Shown one piece after another: positions 21,370 through 31,954 of a stretch of DNA of 64,000 nt (positions are counted from its first letter, which is position 1; each line of letters starts with the position of its first letter). The DNA is taken from assembly GCA_050013255.1 (NCBI GenBank), contig JBEKFP010000001.1:480001-544000 (forward strand), read 5' to 3'. The position numbers and the translations under genes are program-made. Under the pieces are notes generated by a model. That model saw nothing but the letters and a program-made list of their open reading frames with translations. It was not told the DNA's origin and ran no database searches. This DNA comes from Candidatus Bathyarchaeia archaeon. GTDB taxonomy: Archaea; Thermoproteota; Bathyarchaeia; 40CM-2-53-6.

Positions 21370-22356
21370 CTATGCCTTTCGGCCTGCCCCCTCAAGGAAT
21401 CGGTCGATTTCTTCTTCGCCGCCGGTCAATGCGATGAAAGCGTCTTCAAGCGTCGGATCCTTCGTGTTAATCGTTCTAATCTTCGCCCCTACTTCAAGCA
21501 GAGTGGCTGCGACTTCTTCTGCGAGCGTCTCAGTGCGTTCACAGCTAACTTGAAGTTTCGAATTCACATACTTCACGTTACAAACGTGACTCATCACTTT
21601 GAGTTTGAGTTTCACCTTGTCGAGTTGAGCCTTAGTCAAGTCGGGAGTCTCAACTTCCACAACGGAGAGTTCGCTCACGCTATGCTTCAATTCGTTCGGC
21701 GTGCCAACCTGAACTAACCTACCCGCGAACATTATACCAACCCGGTCACAGATCTTCTCGGGTTCACCCATGTAGTGGGTCGTCCAAATCACGGTCACTC
21801 CCTGATCACACTGTTTCTTCGTGAAATCTTGAAGGGCGATGGCAGATTGAGGGTCGAGGCCAGAAGTAACTTCATCCAGGAATAGAACCTGTGGACTGTG
21901 AAGCAAAGCTGCGCATATCATCGCCTTCTTCGCCCACCCAGTCGACAGAGCCCCCACCAGTCGGCTCGCTTTTTCCCTGAAAGCAAACATATCCATCAGC
22001 TCCCGTATCCTAACCTCAGCTTTGTGACGGGGGATCTCGTAGAGCGTGCTGAGCAGCTTCAAGTTCTCCTCAATCGTCAAGTCCTTGTACAAGGAGACCC
22101 CTTCAGAAACCACCCCAATCCGTCGCCTGACCTCGGCTGCCTGCTTGTGAATATCATATCCCACAACACTGGCCGTACCTCGTGTCGGTTCGATCAGTGT
22201 GCAAAGCATCCTGACCGTGGTGGTTTTTCCGGCGCCGTTGGGCCCAAGCAGGCCAAATAGCTCTCCTTTACTGACGCCTACGTTTAGACCGTCGACCGCG
22301 GTAGAATGACCGAACGCTTTCGTCAGGTTCTTTGTAACAATGGCTTCCTCAGGCAT
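21370..22356 (-). CDS. ABC-2 exporter ATP-binding subunit
   Basis: GPNGAGKT, variant signature LSTGW, LFLDEVTSGLDP, PTLEDAF. Confidence 0.92.
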   Translation of the reverse strand: MPEEAIVTKNLTKAFGHSTAVDGLNVGVSKGELFGLLGPNGAGKTTTVRMLCTLIEPTRGTASVVGYDIHKQAAEVRRRIGVVSEGVSLYKDLTIEENLKLLSTLYEIPRHKAEVRIRELMDMFAFREKASRLVGALSTGWAKKAMICAALLHSPQVLFLDEVTSGLDPQSAIALQDFTKKQCDQGVTVIWTTHYMGEPEKICDRVGIMFAGRLVQVGTPNELKHSVSELSVVEVETPDLTKAQLDKVKLKLKVMSHVCNVKYVNSKLQVSCERTETLAEEVAATLLEVGAKIRTINTKDPTLEDAFIALTGGEEEIDRFLEGAGRKA

Positions 22357-22467
22357 GACAAATCATTCCTAGGATAGCTTGAATTTATGAGGGTTCTATC
22401 CTCTGAGCCACTAAAGAGGTTTACGCGGAAAACTGTTGGCTAATGCAAGGAAAGAAATGAATGCGCG

Positions 22468-23013
22468 TTAGGTTGACGAGTGCCATTCCACTTCCGGCTT
22501 CCTCTCTCGATAGTTGACCGCACGGGCGAGTACAAATAGCAGGTCGGATACTCGGTTGATATAAGGTACCATTAGGTCGCTGACCTTCTCAGCCTTGCTC
22601 AATGTGACTATACTTCTTTCGGCACGTCTTGCAACAGTTCTTGAGAAGTGTAGGATTGAGCCAGTCGGACCACCGCCTGGAAGAATGAAGGCTTTCAATG
22701 GGGGAAGTTCTTCTTGTAATTTGTCGATTATTCCCTCGAGTTCAGCTATTCTTTCCTTCGTGATTCGCGGAACCCTTTCGTGGCTCTCTTTTGAGGCAAG
22801 GTCAGCACCTGCCACAAACAGATCTTGTTGAAGGCCGTCTAAGATCATATCAAGCGCCGTATCATTCAAGAAGGATCGAACCAAACCGAGCACGGAATTG
22901 AGCTCATCGACGTTACCATATGCTTCTACGCGGAGCGAGTCCTTCGGAACCCGCCCCCCTCCTACGAGGCCTGTCTCGCCTTTGTCTCCTGTTCGAGTGT
23001 ATATCCTCGCCAA
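22468..23013 (-). CDS. pduO: PduO-type cob(I)alamin adenosyltransferase
   Basis: RIYTRTGDKGET, AYGNVDELNS, FILPGG, RTVARRAER, YINRVSDLLF. Confidence 0.93.
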   Translation of the reverse strand: MARIYTRTGDKGETGLVGGGRVPKDSLRVEAYGNVDELNSVLGLVRSFLNDTALDMILDGLQQDLFVAGADLASKESHERVPRITKERIAELEGIIDKLQEELPPLKAFILPGGGPTGSILHFSRTVARRAERSIVTLSKAEKVSDLMVPYINRVSDLLFVLARAVNYRERKPEVEWHSST

Positions 23014-23075
23014 TTCCGAATACTCGCAGTTAATGAAGCGAGACAGCAATTTAGAGGCGTTGGTAGGTACTGACT

Positions 23076-23963
23076 GTGGCGAAGGGATTGAGGATCGGGG
23101 TACTCCTAGACGAGCCGATGGTCATACCAGGATTTGACTACACATTCTACGAAGTGAAACCATCAAGCGGGAGAATCAACCAGCCGCTTCCGCAAGCGTG
23201 GAATGTCGTAAATTGTTTCGCCGACAACACGATTACCCAAACCAAACCTGAGCTTGTCGCAACTTCGAAAGGAGAACGAGCAATGAGGGGGACGCCTAGG
23301 CGTTTCCTATGGGATTGGATTTGCCCTAGCCGGACTGAATACCGCGACTATTGCTTGAAGGTCATTCAAGATGTTGCGCGGCACAACGATGTTGCAGGGA
23401 TTCGTTTGGATAGCGTCTGTTTTCCACGAGAAGGCTACTGTGATTGCTCGATTTGCAGGGACTTAAGCGCGAAAAGTGGAATGGATTTCTTTGAATGGCG
23501 CGCTAGTCAAATCGAATCCTTTGTTCGTATGGTGCGCGAGAGCATAACGTGCGGATTGGGCCTAACATTGGAACCCGACCCTTGCTACGGAAAAGAAAGA
23601 TTCGGTTTGGACTTAGATAGAATAGCAGAGTATGTTGATTTCATTTCGACACCACTCTACATGGATTACTCGATTGTCTATTGGCTGGACATAATTGCGA
23701 ATTGTTTCCGCCGGAAAATATCGAAACCGTATTTCATCGAACTCTACGCGGGACATCCGAGAACTCCCACGAAGCATCTTATGTCTGCCTTAGCTGTGGC
23801 CTCGGGATACGCCGACTGTATCGTCCTTTCAACCTATGAAGCTAAGATCGCAAGAAGCCTGCAACAGGAATTGGTTCGAGAAGAACAAGTGGCGGGCTTT
23901 TTCAAAGAGCGTGAATGTACGGAAATGATAGAACTTCTAAACCGGTGGCGGAAGATTGTATGA
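23076..23963 (+). CDS. Glycoside hydrolase-like TIM-barrel protein of unknown function
   Basis: WICPS...Y...GIRLDSVCFP...CDCSIC...W pattern seen in GH-like (GHL) families. Confidence 0.55.
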   Translation: MAKGLRIGVLLDEPMVIPGFDYTFYEVKPSSGRINQPLPQAWNVVNCFADNTITQTKPELVATSKGERAMRGTPRRFLWDWICPSRTEYRDYCLKVIQDVARHNDVAGIRLDSVCFPREGYCDCSICRDLSAKSGMDFFEWRASQIESFVRMVRESITCGLGLTLEPDPCYGKERFGLDLDRIAEYVDFISTPLYMDYSIVYWLDIIANCFRRKISKPYFIELYAGHPRTPTKHLMSALAVASGYADCIVLSTYEAKIARSLQQELVREEQVAGFFKERECTEMIELLNRWRKIV

Positions 23964-23987
23964 AACTACAGGCGCCGAGCCTTTCGA

Positions 23988-24025
23988 CGTACATTTTTGT
24001 ACGCTGTAGCTTTAAATAAAGTACT
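23988..24025 (+). promoter_or_regulatory. trp operon promoter with candidate TrpY TRP boxes
   Basis: CGTACA-N4-TGTACG (23988-24003), TATA TTTAAATA (24011-24018), AGTACT (24020-24025). Confidence 0.65.
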
Positions 24026-24037
24026 GATGTCAATTGC

Positions 24038-25474
24038 GTGGCACCGCATTATTCGAGGAAGAAAAAATGGGGTATAGCCTTTGGGCGGCCTGCCCAGCAA
24101 CTAACGACGCAAACAGAACATAGGCTAAAGCTTCAGAAATTCCGGTACTCGACAAACCCCGTACAGACATTTCTTGCACTCAGTCATCAGAGCGAATACT
24201 GTTACCTCCTCGAATCTGCTGAAGGCCCAAGAAAACTTGCGCAATATTCGTTCATTGGCTTCTCTCCTGAAAAAATCGTTGAAGTGAAAGATGGCCGCTA
24301 CACCGAAACGATCCCCGGAAACGCATCCACCACCATTCAGACAAACGATCCTTATCTCGCGCTCCGGAAGACGCTAGCCGAAAACTTCACAACGTATCAT
24401 GGGTTCCGGTTCGTAGGCGGCTTGGTAGGTTACTTTTCCTACGATGCAATTCGCTACCTCGAATCGATACCGACGCAAGCTCTAGATGATTTGAAACTTC
24501 CAGATTTCGAGTTCGGAGTTTACGATGATGGGATCGTATTCGACCACCTGAACGGCCAGGCTTACTATTACTGGTACAAGAATAACAGGTACAAAGAGAT
24601 TGAACGACTTCTCGCACAAAGGATAACGCCAACAAGCCTGGCCGTTGACCAACCGAGAGTAAACCTGAGGCAAGAAGAATTCGAAACAAAGGTGGACGAC
24701 GCGAAGAAGTACATTAGAGCTGGAGACATATTCCAGGTCGTACTTTCAAAACGCCTTGAATTCGCTTTCAAAGGCGACCTCCTCAATTTCTACAAAGCAT
24801 TACGGGAGATCAATCCTTCCCCTTACATGTACTTCCTCAAAATGAGAGACCGGGCTTTGGTTGGCTCAAGCCCCGAGATGCTTGGAAGAGTTGACAAAGG
24901 CCGCGCGGAAACATTTCCGATAGCGGGAACGCGCCCCGTGGGAACAAACAGCGAAGAAGACCGTCGCTTGGCGGACGAGCTATTGAGTGACCCAAAGGAA
25001 CGAGCTGAGCATATTATGCTGATAGATCTTGCCAGGAACGACCTTGGAAAAGTTTGCCAGTTCGGGACGGTTGAAGTTCCAGAGTTTATGGTGGTCCAAA
25101 GGTACAGCCACGTTCAGCACATAGTTTCGCGGGTTTCAGGTCAACTGAAGCCGGGTTGCGACTCGCTTGACACATTCAAAGGAATTTTCCCTGCAGGAAC
25201 AGTGTCTGGAGCGCCGAAAAAAAGGGCGATGGAAATCATTGAAGAGCTGGAACCGAACCGGAGAGGGCCATATGCTGGTGCAGCAGGCTACTTCTCGTAC
25301 AACGGCAACGCTGATTTCGCAATAACCATCCGAACGTTAATCGCCAATGGAAATATGGCCTACATACAAGCCGGAGCAGGCATAGTCGCGGACTCTCAAC
25401 CCACACGAGAATGGTTTGAAACAGAACATAAGGCCGAAGGCCTCATGCACGCCCTGAAAGTCGGTGGGATATGA
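24038..25474 (+). CDS. trpE: Anthranilate synthase component I
   Basis: LLES, NPSPYM, PIAGTRP, KERAEHIMLIDLARND, FPAGTVSGAPK, AGAGIVADS; start codon uncertain. Confidence 0.95.
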   Translation: MAPHYSRKKKWGIAFGRPAQQLTTQTEHRLKLQKFRYSTNPVQTFLALSHQSEYCYLLESAEGPRKLAQYSFIGFSPEKIVEVKDGRYTETIPGNASTTIQTNDPYLALRKTLAENFTTYHGFRFVGGLVGYFSYDAIRYLESIPTQALDDLKLPDFEFGVYDDGIVFDHLNGQAYYYWYKNNRYKEIERLLAQRITPTSLAVDQPRVNLRQEEFETKVDDAKKYIRAGDIFQVVLSKRLEFAFKGDLLNFYKALREINPSPYMYFLKMRDRALVGSSPEMLGRVDKGRAETFPIAGTRPVGTNSEEDRRLADELLSDPKERAEHIMLIDLARNDLGKVCQFGTVEVPEFMVVQRYSHVQHIVSRVSGQLKPGCDSLDTFKGIFPAGTVSGAPKKRAMEIIEELEPNRRGPYAGAAGYFSYNGNADFAITIRTLIANGNMAYIQAGAGIVADSQPTREWFETEHKAEGLMHALKVGGI

Positions 25475-25475
25475 A

Positions 25476-26057
25476 ATGAAGGTCTTGATAGTAGATAATT
25501 TCGATTCGTTCGTATACAACCTCGCGCAGTACGTAGGCCAACTAGGAGCCGAACCTATCGTCTGCAGAAATAATCAGATCACCTTGCGGCAAGCAGAAGA
25601 ACTAGGACCCGACCGAATCATCCTATCGCCTGGCCCAGGCAGACCTGATGACCGCAGATATTTCGGCATCTGCTTGGACATAATAAAGAAACTAAGCCCC
25701 GGCGTCCCCACGCTCGGCGTGTGTCTAGGGCATCAAGGTATAGCGTACGCATTCGGCGGTTCAATAGTACCCGCGAAACGGTTGATGCATGGAAAAACTA
25801 GTTTGATTGAACATGAAGGCGGCGGGTTGTTCAAAGCTGTTGAGAACCCGCTCCGGGCAACTAGGTACCATTCCTTAGTTTGCGAAAGAAAGAGCCTTCC
25901 AGAGTGCTTGGAAGAGACCGCAACATCAATCGACGATGGTGAGATCATGGGATTTCAGCATCGAAAGTATCCGATATATGGCGTCCAGTTCCACCCCGAA
26001 TCCATCCTCACTTCTGAGGGCCTAAAGATTATCAGAAATTTCCTGGATGGATCCTGA
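25476..26057 (+). CDS. trpG: Anthranilate synthase component II (glutamine amidotransferase)
   Basis: DNFDSFVYNL, SPGPG, GVCLGHQ, RYHSL, QFHPES. Confidence 0.95.
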   Translation: MKVLIVDNFDSFVYNLAQYVGQLGAEPIVCRNNQITLRQAEELGPDRIILSPGPGRPDDRRYFGICLDIIKKLSPGVPTLGVCLGHQGIAYAFGGSIVPAKRLMHGKTSLIEHEGGGLFKAVENPLRATRYHSLVCERKSLPECLEETATSIDDGEIMGFQHRKYPIYGVQFHPESILTSEGLKIIRNFLDGS

Positions 26058-26059
26058 GA

Positions 26060-27121
26060 ATGATCAGGGAAGCTATTCAACTGTTAGTGGACCGAAACGA
26101 CCTGCCCTTCGAACTCGCGCAGCAATCCATGCGAGAGATCATGGCAGGCGAAGCAACACCATCACAAATTGGGGCTTTTCTAACATCGCTTAGGATGAAG
26201 GGAGAAACTATCGACGAGATAACCGCCCTAGCAATGGTAATGCGGGAAAATGCAGTTCGAATCAACCCCCAGGTCAATGGAAGGACTGTTGATACATGCG
26301 GGACTGGAGGGGACCGACTGAAAACATTCAATGTGAGCACTGGTGCGGCGCTCGTCGCGGCCGGCGCAGGAGTGCCCATCGCGAAGCACGGCAACCGTTC
26401 GGTCACAAGCAAATGCGGGAGCGCGGACGTTCTGGAAGCGGTTGGAGTCAACCTAAACGTACCACCATCAGTGGTCCAGAAATCGATAGAGCAAGTAGGA
26501 ATCGGGTTCATGTTTGCGCCTGCATTCCACCCAGCAATGAAAAACGCAATCGCGCCACGTAGGGAAATAGGAATCCGAACAGTCTTCAACATCCTCGGAC
26601 CACTCACAAACCCAGCCAACGCAAACGCCCAAGTGCTAGGAGTTTACGATTCAAGTCTCGTCGAACCCATGGCGAAAGTGCTGCACAAACTCGGTACCGA
26701 AGAAGCCATAGTAGCACACGGCGTGGACGGCTTAGATGAAATATCAACTATAGGCAAAACGAAACTCGCGTGGTTGAAAGATGGAGAGATCACAACCAAG
26801 GAGATTACCCCGAAAGATCTGCACCTCAAACAAGCGCGGCCAAACGAAATCTCCGGTTTTGATGTCGACCAGAGCGCGAGGCTCCTGGTGAACATGCTCA
26901 ACGGGACGGAGGGCAAGCAATCTACACGGCTTGAAATGGTTCTTGCAAACGCCGCAGCTGCCATAGTTATTGGCGGAAAGGTCGACGACTTGGCGTCGGG
27001 TGTAGAGGTCGGACGTGAAGCCATAGCAAGTGGAAGGGCCTACGGCAAGCTCAAGCGACTAATTGAATGCACAAACGGCGATGCGTCAAGACTTGAGAGG
27101 ATAGAATCACAAAATGCCTAA
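26060..27121 (+). CDS. trpD: Anthranilate phosphoribosyltransferase
   Basis: DTCGTGGD, NVST, KHGNRSVTSKCGSADVLE, GLDEIS. Confidence 0.96.
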   Translation: MIREAIQLLVDRNDLPFELAQQSMREIMAGEATPSQIGAFLTSLRMKGETIDEITALAMVMRENAVRINPQVNGRTVDTCGTGGDRLKTFNVSTGAALVAAGAGVPIAKHGNRSVTSKCGSADVLEAVGVNLNVPPSVVQKSIEQVGIGFMFAPAFHPAMKNAIAPRREIGIRTVFNILGPLTNPANANAQVLGVYDSSLVEPMAKVLHKLGTEEAIVAHGVDGLDEISTIGKTKLAWLKDGEITTKEITPKDLHLKQARPNEISGFDVDQSARLLVNMLNGTEGKQSTRLEMVLANAAAAIVIGGKVDDLASGVEVGREAIASGRAYGKLKRLIECTNGDASRLERIESQNA

Positions 27122-27890
27122 TCTGTTAACCAAGTTGATCGAAGATGCCGAAAGAAGGGTTCACACAGGTTACTACGATATCAGAGAAACCGTCGAGCAC
27201 GAACCCGTCAGCCTCAGACACGCACTCAAATCATCTCACGGGAACGCCATAATAGCTGAGATTAAACCGATTTCCCCCGCCCTCGGTCCACTCCGTCCAA
27301 GCATGGATCCAGTTGATGCGGCAATCAAGCTCGCCAAGGGTGGCGCAGTTGCTTTATCCGTCCTGACGGAACCAGACAACTTCGGCGGAAAGATAGAGAA
27401 CCTTCGACGAATTAGACGAAACGTAAACCTACCGCTGCTCATGAAGGACATAATCATTCATAGGTCACAGATTGATGCGGGCAAGAAATCTGGAGCCGAC
27501 TGCATCCTCCTCATCGAATCAGTTTTCTCAGCACATCCCACACCCTCCCTTGAAGGCCTGATTCATGAAGCACACCAAGAACAACTTGAGGTAGTCCTCG
27601 AAGTCCACAGCGAAGACGAATTGCAAAAAGCTCTGGCAAGCGAAGCGGACATTATCGGTGTAAATAACCGAAACCTCGCCACATTAGAAACCGACATCAA
27701 CACAACCGCACGATTAGTAGGCAGGATAAATCAAAGGGCTGGAAAGGTTCTCATAAGCGAGAGCGGTTTCGAGAACGCGAATGACATTCGCAAATTGAAA
27801 ACTGCAACAGTGGATGGATTCCTTATAGGTTCTTCAATTATGCTCTCAGAAAATCTGGAAACTAAAGTTCGTGAGTTCGTGCTCGCATAA
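27114..27890 (+). CDS. trpC: Indole-3-glycerol phosphate synthase
   Basis: IIAEIKPISP, LSVLTEP, LMKD, GVNNRNL, ISESG. Confidence 0.95.
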   Translation: MPNLLTKLIEDAERRVHTGYYDIRETVEHEPVSLRHALKSSHGNAIIAEIKPISPALGPLRPSMDPVDAAIKLAKGGAVALSVLTEPDNFGGKIENLRRIRRNVNLPLLMKDIIIHRSQIDAGKKSGADCILLIESVFSAHPTPSLEGLIHEAHQEQLEVVLEVHSEDELQKALASEADIIGVNNRNLATLETDINTTARLVGRINQRAGKVLISESGFENANDIRKLKTATVDGFLIGSSIMLSENLETKVREFVLA

Positions 27891-27901
27891 GGAAATTTGC
27901 T

Positions 27902-28546
27902 ATGCGAGTCAAAATTTGTGGTTTAATGCGACCGGAGGATGTGCGGACTGCCTTTGACAGCGGCGCAGATGCTCTTGGTTTCGTAGTATCAAGCCCCTCT
28001 TCGCCAAGAAACCTGTCGCTCAACGCCGCACATAAATTAATGAAAAACGTTCCAGTCTTCGCAACGAAAGTGACGGTTACCTCCGCGAATGACCCGAGAA
28101 CTGTCGCCAAGATCTGTTCCAAGCTAAAGCCCGATACACTGCAACTTCATCGATACCGACAACAACTAGTAAGATTGATCAGGCGCAAACATCCTGAAAC
28201 TAAGCTTATCCTAGCCAAGGCTATCAGTGACCGTTCATCTCTGGGACTAGCAAGTTGGACATCAAGAGAATCGGACGCGGTTTTGGCCGATTCACCAAGC
28301 CCTAGCGGGATGGGCGGTACAGGCCGAACTCATGACTGGTACCTTACAGCCGCGCTTCGAGATAGAATATACCCACACCCACTAATCCTAGCTGGAGGAC
28401 TAACACCAATCAACGTTCAACAGGCCATCAGGAAAGTCAGGCCGTTCGCCGTCGATGTCTCAAGCGGCGTCGAAAAGACGATCGGAGTGAAAGACCGCAA
28501 GAAGATTCGTGACTTCATCAAGAAAGCAAAGGAGAGCGTATATTGA
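27902..28546 (+). CDS. trpF: Phosphoribosylanthranilate isomerase
   Basis: [31 protein letters not shown]. Confidence 0.95.
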   Translation: MRVKICGLMRPEDVRTAFDSGADALGFVVSSPSSPRNLSLNAAHKLMKNVPVFATKVTVTSANDPRTVAKICSKLKPDTLQLHRYRQQLVRLIRRKHPETKLILAKAISDRSSLGLASWTSRESDAVLADSPSPSGMGGTGRTHDWYLTAALRDRIYPHPLILAGGLTPINVQQAIRKVRPFAVDVSSGVEKTIGVKDRKKIRDFIKKAKESVY

Positions 28547-29745
28547 TCCATCAACATTCCAAACCTGCGGATGGCAAATTCGGGAAATATGGTGGCCGTT
28601 TCGTCCCGGAAACTCTGATGAGTGCTCTTATCGAACTGGAAGAAGAATACACACGGCTAAAGAATGACCCTGAATTCAAGTCCCAGCTTGACTATCTTCT
28701 AAGAGAATTCGCAGGCCGACCAACGCCCCTGTACTATGCTGCGAACTTAACACGAAAGGCGGGAGGCGCGAAGATCTACATAAAACGTGAAGACTTGGCA
28801 CATGGTGGAGCACACAAGATCAACAATACGATTGGGCAGGCGCTCCTCGCGAAAGGAATGGGCAAGGAGCGAGTCATAGCCGAAACTGGGGCGGGTCAAC
28901 ATGGAGTCGCAAGCGCAATCGCTTGTGCCGCGCTAGGCCTGAAGTGCGAAGTTTACATGGGCTCAGAGGATGTGGAAAGGCAGAAGCTGAACGTTTTCCG
29001 CATGAACCTTCTAGGAACAAAGGTTCATACTGTACATTCAGGGTCGAAGACGCTCAAGGATGCGATAAATGAGGCCTTTCGAGACTGGGTAACAAACGTT
29101 GGGAACACCTACTATTTACTGGGCTCAGTCGTAGGCCCCCACCCGTACCCGACTTTGGTTAGGGATTTTCAAAGCGTCATCGGACTCGAAATTAAAGAGC
29201 AGATCCTGCGGAAAGAAGGACGCCTCCCAGATGCGATAGTTGCATGCGTAGGAGGAGGAAGCAACTCGATGGGAGCGTTCTACCCATTCATCGCTGACGC
29301 GCAAGTAGGCTTGTATGGTGTGGAAGCAGGCGGCCTAGGCTTAGCGTCTGGAAAACATGCAGCGACATTGTGCGCTGGACAAGAAGGCGTCTTTCATGGA
29401 ATGCTCACTTACATACTCCAAGATGAAGACGGCCAAATAGAATCAACCCACAGCATCTCCGCCGGCCTCGACTATCCTGGAGTTGGCCCAGAACACGCGT
29501 ACCTTAAGGCTACTGGCCGGGCTCAGTACACTTCGGCAACGGATCAACAGGCCCTAGAAGCCTTCATGGAGTTAAGCAGACTTGAGGGCATTATACCGGC
29601 CCTCGAATCTGCACACGCAGTACATTATGCAGTCATTCTAGCCTCTAAGATGCGCCGAGATCAACTCGTGGTGATTAACCTGTCAGGACGCGGGGACAAG
29701 GACGTCAATGTCGTCGCCAAGAGTTTGGGCGTAAAGATACAATGA
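28543..29745 (+). CDS. trpB: Tryptophan synthase beta chain (TrpB1)
   Basis: [48 protein letters not shown]. Confidence 0.97.
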   Translation: MIHQHSKPADGKFGKYGGRFVPETLMSALIELEEEYTRLKNDPEFKSQLDYLLREFAGRPTPLYYAANLTRKAGGAKIYIKREDLAHGGAHKINNTIGQALLAKGMGKERVIAETGAGQHGVASAIACAALGLKCEVYMGSEDVERQKLNVFRMNLLGTKVHTVHSGSKTLKDAINEAFRDWVTNVGNTYYLLGSVVGPHPYPTLVRDFQSVIGLEIKEQILRKEGRLPDAIVACVGGGSNSMGAFYPFIADAQVGLYGVEAGGLGLASGKHAATLCAGQEGVFHGMLTYILQDEDGQIESTHSISAGLDYPGVGPEHAYLKATGRAQYTSATDQQALEAFMELSRLEGIIPALESAHAVHYAVILASKMRRDQLVVINLSGRGDKDVNVVAKSLGVKIQ

Positions 29746-30554
29746 GAATCTCAGAATCATTCGCTCAACTGAAGAAGAAGGGCGAAGGTGCGCTCATTGC
29801 GTACCTGACAGTGGGTTACCCGACCCCGAAACAGACTCCGCGCCTAATAGGAGCCATGATCGAAGGCGGAGCGGACATTATCGAACTCGGCATCCCGTTT
29901 TCGGACCCGATTGCGGATGGGCCTACGATTCAAAACGCTGTCATGCGTTCCTTGGCGAGCGGAACTAAGCCACTCGATGCTCTCGAGATAGCTCAAGCAG
30001 TTCATGAGAAACATGACACGCCTCTAGTTCTAATGACTTACTTCAATCCTATCTACAGGGTAGGATTACGGAAATTCCTAAGCCTCGCCAAGAATTCCGG
30101 GATCTCTGGAATAGTCGTCCCTGACCTTCCTGTAGAAGAATCGAAAGATTACAAGAAGGAATGCGTTGCAACCAACATCGACACCATCTTCTTGGCTTCG
30201 CCTTCAACTCATCCGGACAGGCTTAAACAAATTCTGGCGCAAACTTCTGGTTACCTCTACCTGATTTCATTATACGGCGTCACAGGTGTCCGGTCAGCAG
30301 TCTCTGAGTCGGCGCTGGCTCTAATCAAGGAATACCGGGCCATTGTAGGAGGGGCCATACCCCTCGCCGTAGGATTCGGAATTTCCAAACCTGACCACGT
30401 AAAAGAAATGATCCACGCGGGAGCAGATGGAGCAATAGTGGGAAGCGCATTCGTGAAAATAATTGGCGAAAATTCGCGGAACATGCCTCGCTCCCTCAAG
30501 AAATTGGAAGGCCTCGTCAGGGCCATGAAGAAAGCAACAATAAAGACCAAATGA
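29742..30554 (+). CDS. trpA: Tryptophan synthase alpha chain
   Basis: [44 protein letters not shown]. Confidence 0.96.
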   Translation: MRISESFAQLKKKGEGALIAYLTVGYPTPKQTPRLIGAMIEGGADIIELGIPFSDPIADGPTIQNAVMRSLASGTKPLDALEIAQAVHEKHDTPLVLMTYFNPIYRVGLRKFLSLAKNSGISGIVVPDLPVEESKDYKKECVATNIDTIFLASPSTHPDRLKQILAQTSGYLYLISLYGVTGVRSAVSESALALIKEYRAIVGGAIPLAVGFGISKPDHVKEMIHAGADGAIVGSAFVKIIGENSRNMPRSLKKLEGLVRAMKKATIKTK

Positions 30555-30562
30555 GGTACGCG

Positions 30563-31282
30563 TCATAGGGCAATTGCCGAATGTGAACTTAGGAAGCTAC
30601 GAATTTTGAGAAAAACCGTGTCGAACATTTCTTCCGTCAGCTTCCCCGTCTGTGTGTTCTGCCGGCTTGGATGGTAAGACGCAGAAAGTGCCGGATAGGG
30701 ATCTGGAAGCTGGTAGAACGCTGCGTGGTGAAAACGCAGACCTTTCGTATCTAACCCCTTCTCCTTGAGGAGCCTGACGTAGGTATCGAATGCGACCCTT
30801 CCCAGCGCTAATATGACCTTAACATCGCTTAGGAGCCGCAGCTCCTCCGTCCAGTAACGCTTGCAGTTCCGAATCTCTGTGAGGGCTGGTTTGTTCTTAG
30901 GTGGAGCGCACCTTACAATCGCCGTCATGTATGCGCCACGAAGCTCGAGGCCGTCGTCCCGCCTGTTCGATGTTGCCTGATTAGCGAAGCCGTGTCGGTG
31001 CAAAGCAGCCATCAAGAATTGGGCCGAACCGTCCCCCGTGAACATCCTCCCAGTACGATTTCCGCCATGTGCAGCAGGAGCTAAACCGAGGATCAGGAGT
31101 TCAGCATGTGTGTCTCCAAAACCTGGCAGTGGCTTACCCCAGTAGTTCCAGTCAATGAATTGTCGGCGTTTCTTCTTTGCAACCAGTTTACAGTATCGCC
31201 TTAGCCTTGGGCAGATTTCGCATGAGATTGCAGCTGAGTTTAGGCGATTAAGTGACTTGAATGATACCGGGCGTTCAGGCAA
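30563..31282 (-). CDS. Uracil-DNA glycosylase, family 5 (Fe-S)
   Basis: CxxCPRL, GLAPAAHGGNRTGRMFTGD, RCAPPKNKP, YHPSRQNT. Confidence 0.92.
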   Translation of the reverse strand: MPERPVSFKSLNRLNSAAISCEICPRLRRYCKLVAKKKRRQFIDWNYWGKPLPGFGDTHAELLILGLAPAAHGGNRTGRMFTGDGSAQFLMAALHRHGFANQATSNRRDDGLELRGAYMTAIVRCAPPKNKPALTEIRNCKRYWTEELRLLSDVKVILALGRVAFDTYVRLLKEKGLDTKGLRFHHAAFYQLPDPYPALSASYHPSRQNTQTGKLTEEMFDTVFLKIRSFLSSHSAIAL

Positions 31283-31317
31283 AGCGACTGACCATTGGCT
31301 GACCTGTAGTAACCGGT

Positions 31318-31800
31318 TCAGAGGCCCTCTCCGGGCAGGCTGGAGTTAAGCCTTAGTCCTTGATATTGGTCGTCGCCAAAATACGTGAAGGTAACCGGCA
31401 GCGACCCAGTCCAATTCATTGGGAAATGAATTTCGAAATAACCATCCTGGCCAGTTGTTGAGACTTGGGTTTGGTATGCTCCATTCAGATAATATTGCAC
31501 GTAGATTTTCGACCCCGCCACGGGTTGTCCGGATGTCGTGTCAAGATAACCCTTCACACCCACGGCCACTCCTTTCTGGCTGATCGTGCTGATTGAGACA
31601 AGCAAGACGGTCTGCCCATGATTGGACAAGGGCGTTGTGGGTAAATTGACGAAGGTGGAGGGTGGAATCTGGCTTATGTTGCTAATCGTCACGAGGGCCC
31701 ACGCTGACATAGAAACCAGAATCACAAGAATGAGCAGAGCGACTATGCCCTTGACACTAGGGCGTTTTCTTCTAAGTTCCGCTTCATCATTGCTAGCCAT
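31318..31800 (-). CDS. Membrane-anchored protein with an Ig-like domain
   Basis: N-terminal TM then G.L....G.PVAG..I...TT..DGYF...FTYFGD pattern. Confidence 0.65.
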   Translation of the reverse strand: MASNDEAELRRKRPSVKGIVALLILVILVSMSAWALVTISNISQIPPSTFVNLPTTPLSNHGQTVLLVSISTISQKGVAVGVKGYLDTTSGQPVAGSKIYVQYYLNGAYQTQVSTTGQDGYFEIHFPMNWTGSLPVTFTYFGDDQYQGLRLNSSLPGEGL

Positions 31801-31954
31801 CGCAGTACACATCGGCGGATTTGAAAATCGCCTGCAAACGCCCCAATCAGAGTTAAAGTCTTTCCGGCGCTCAGGCGGCACGGAGCAAATGGCCGCTCGT
31901 TGTGTGCACAAATTTATCTATAGCGAGCCGAATGCTCTGGCGGAGTTTGCAATA

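Noticed and set aside
31622-31954. 111-aa N-terminal extension of the thermosome ORF
   Set aside because: It is antisense to the 31318-31800 gene, and chaperonin homology starts at the TTG at 31955.
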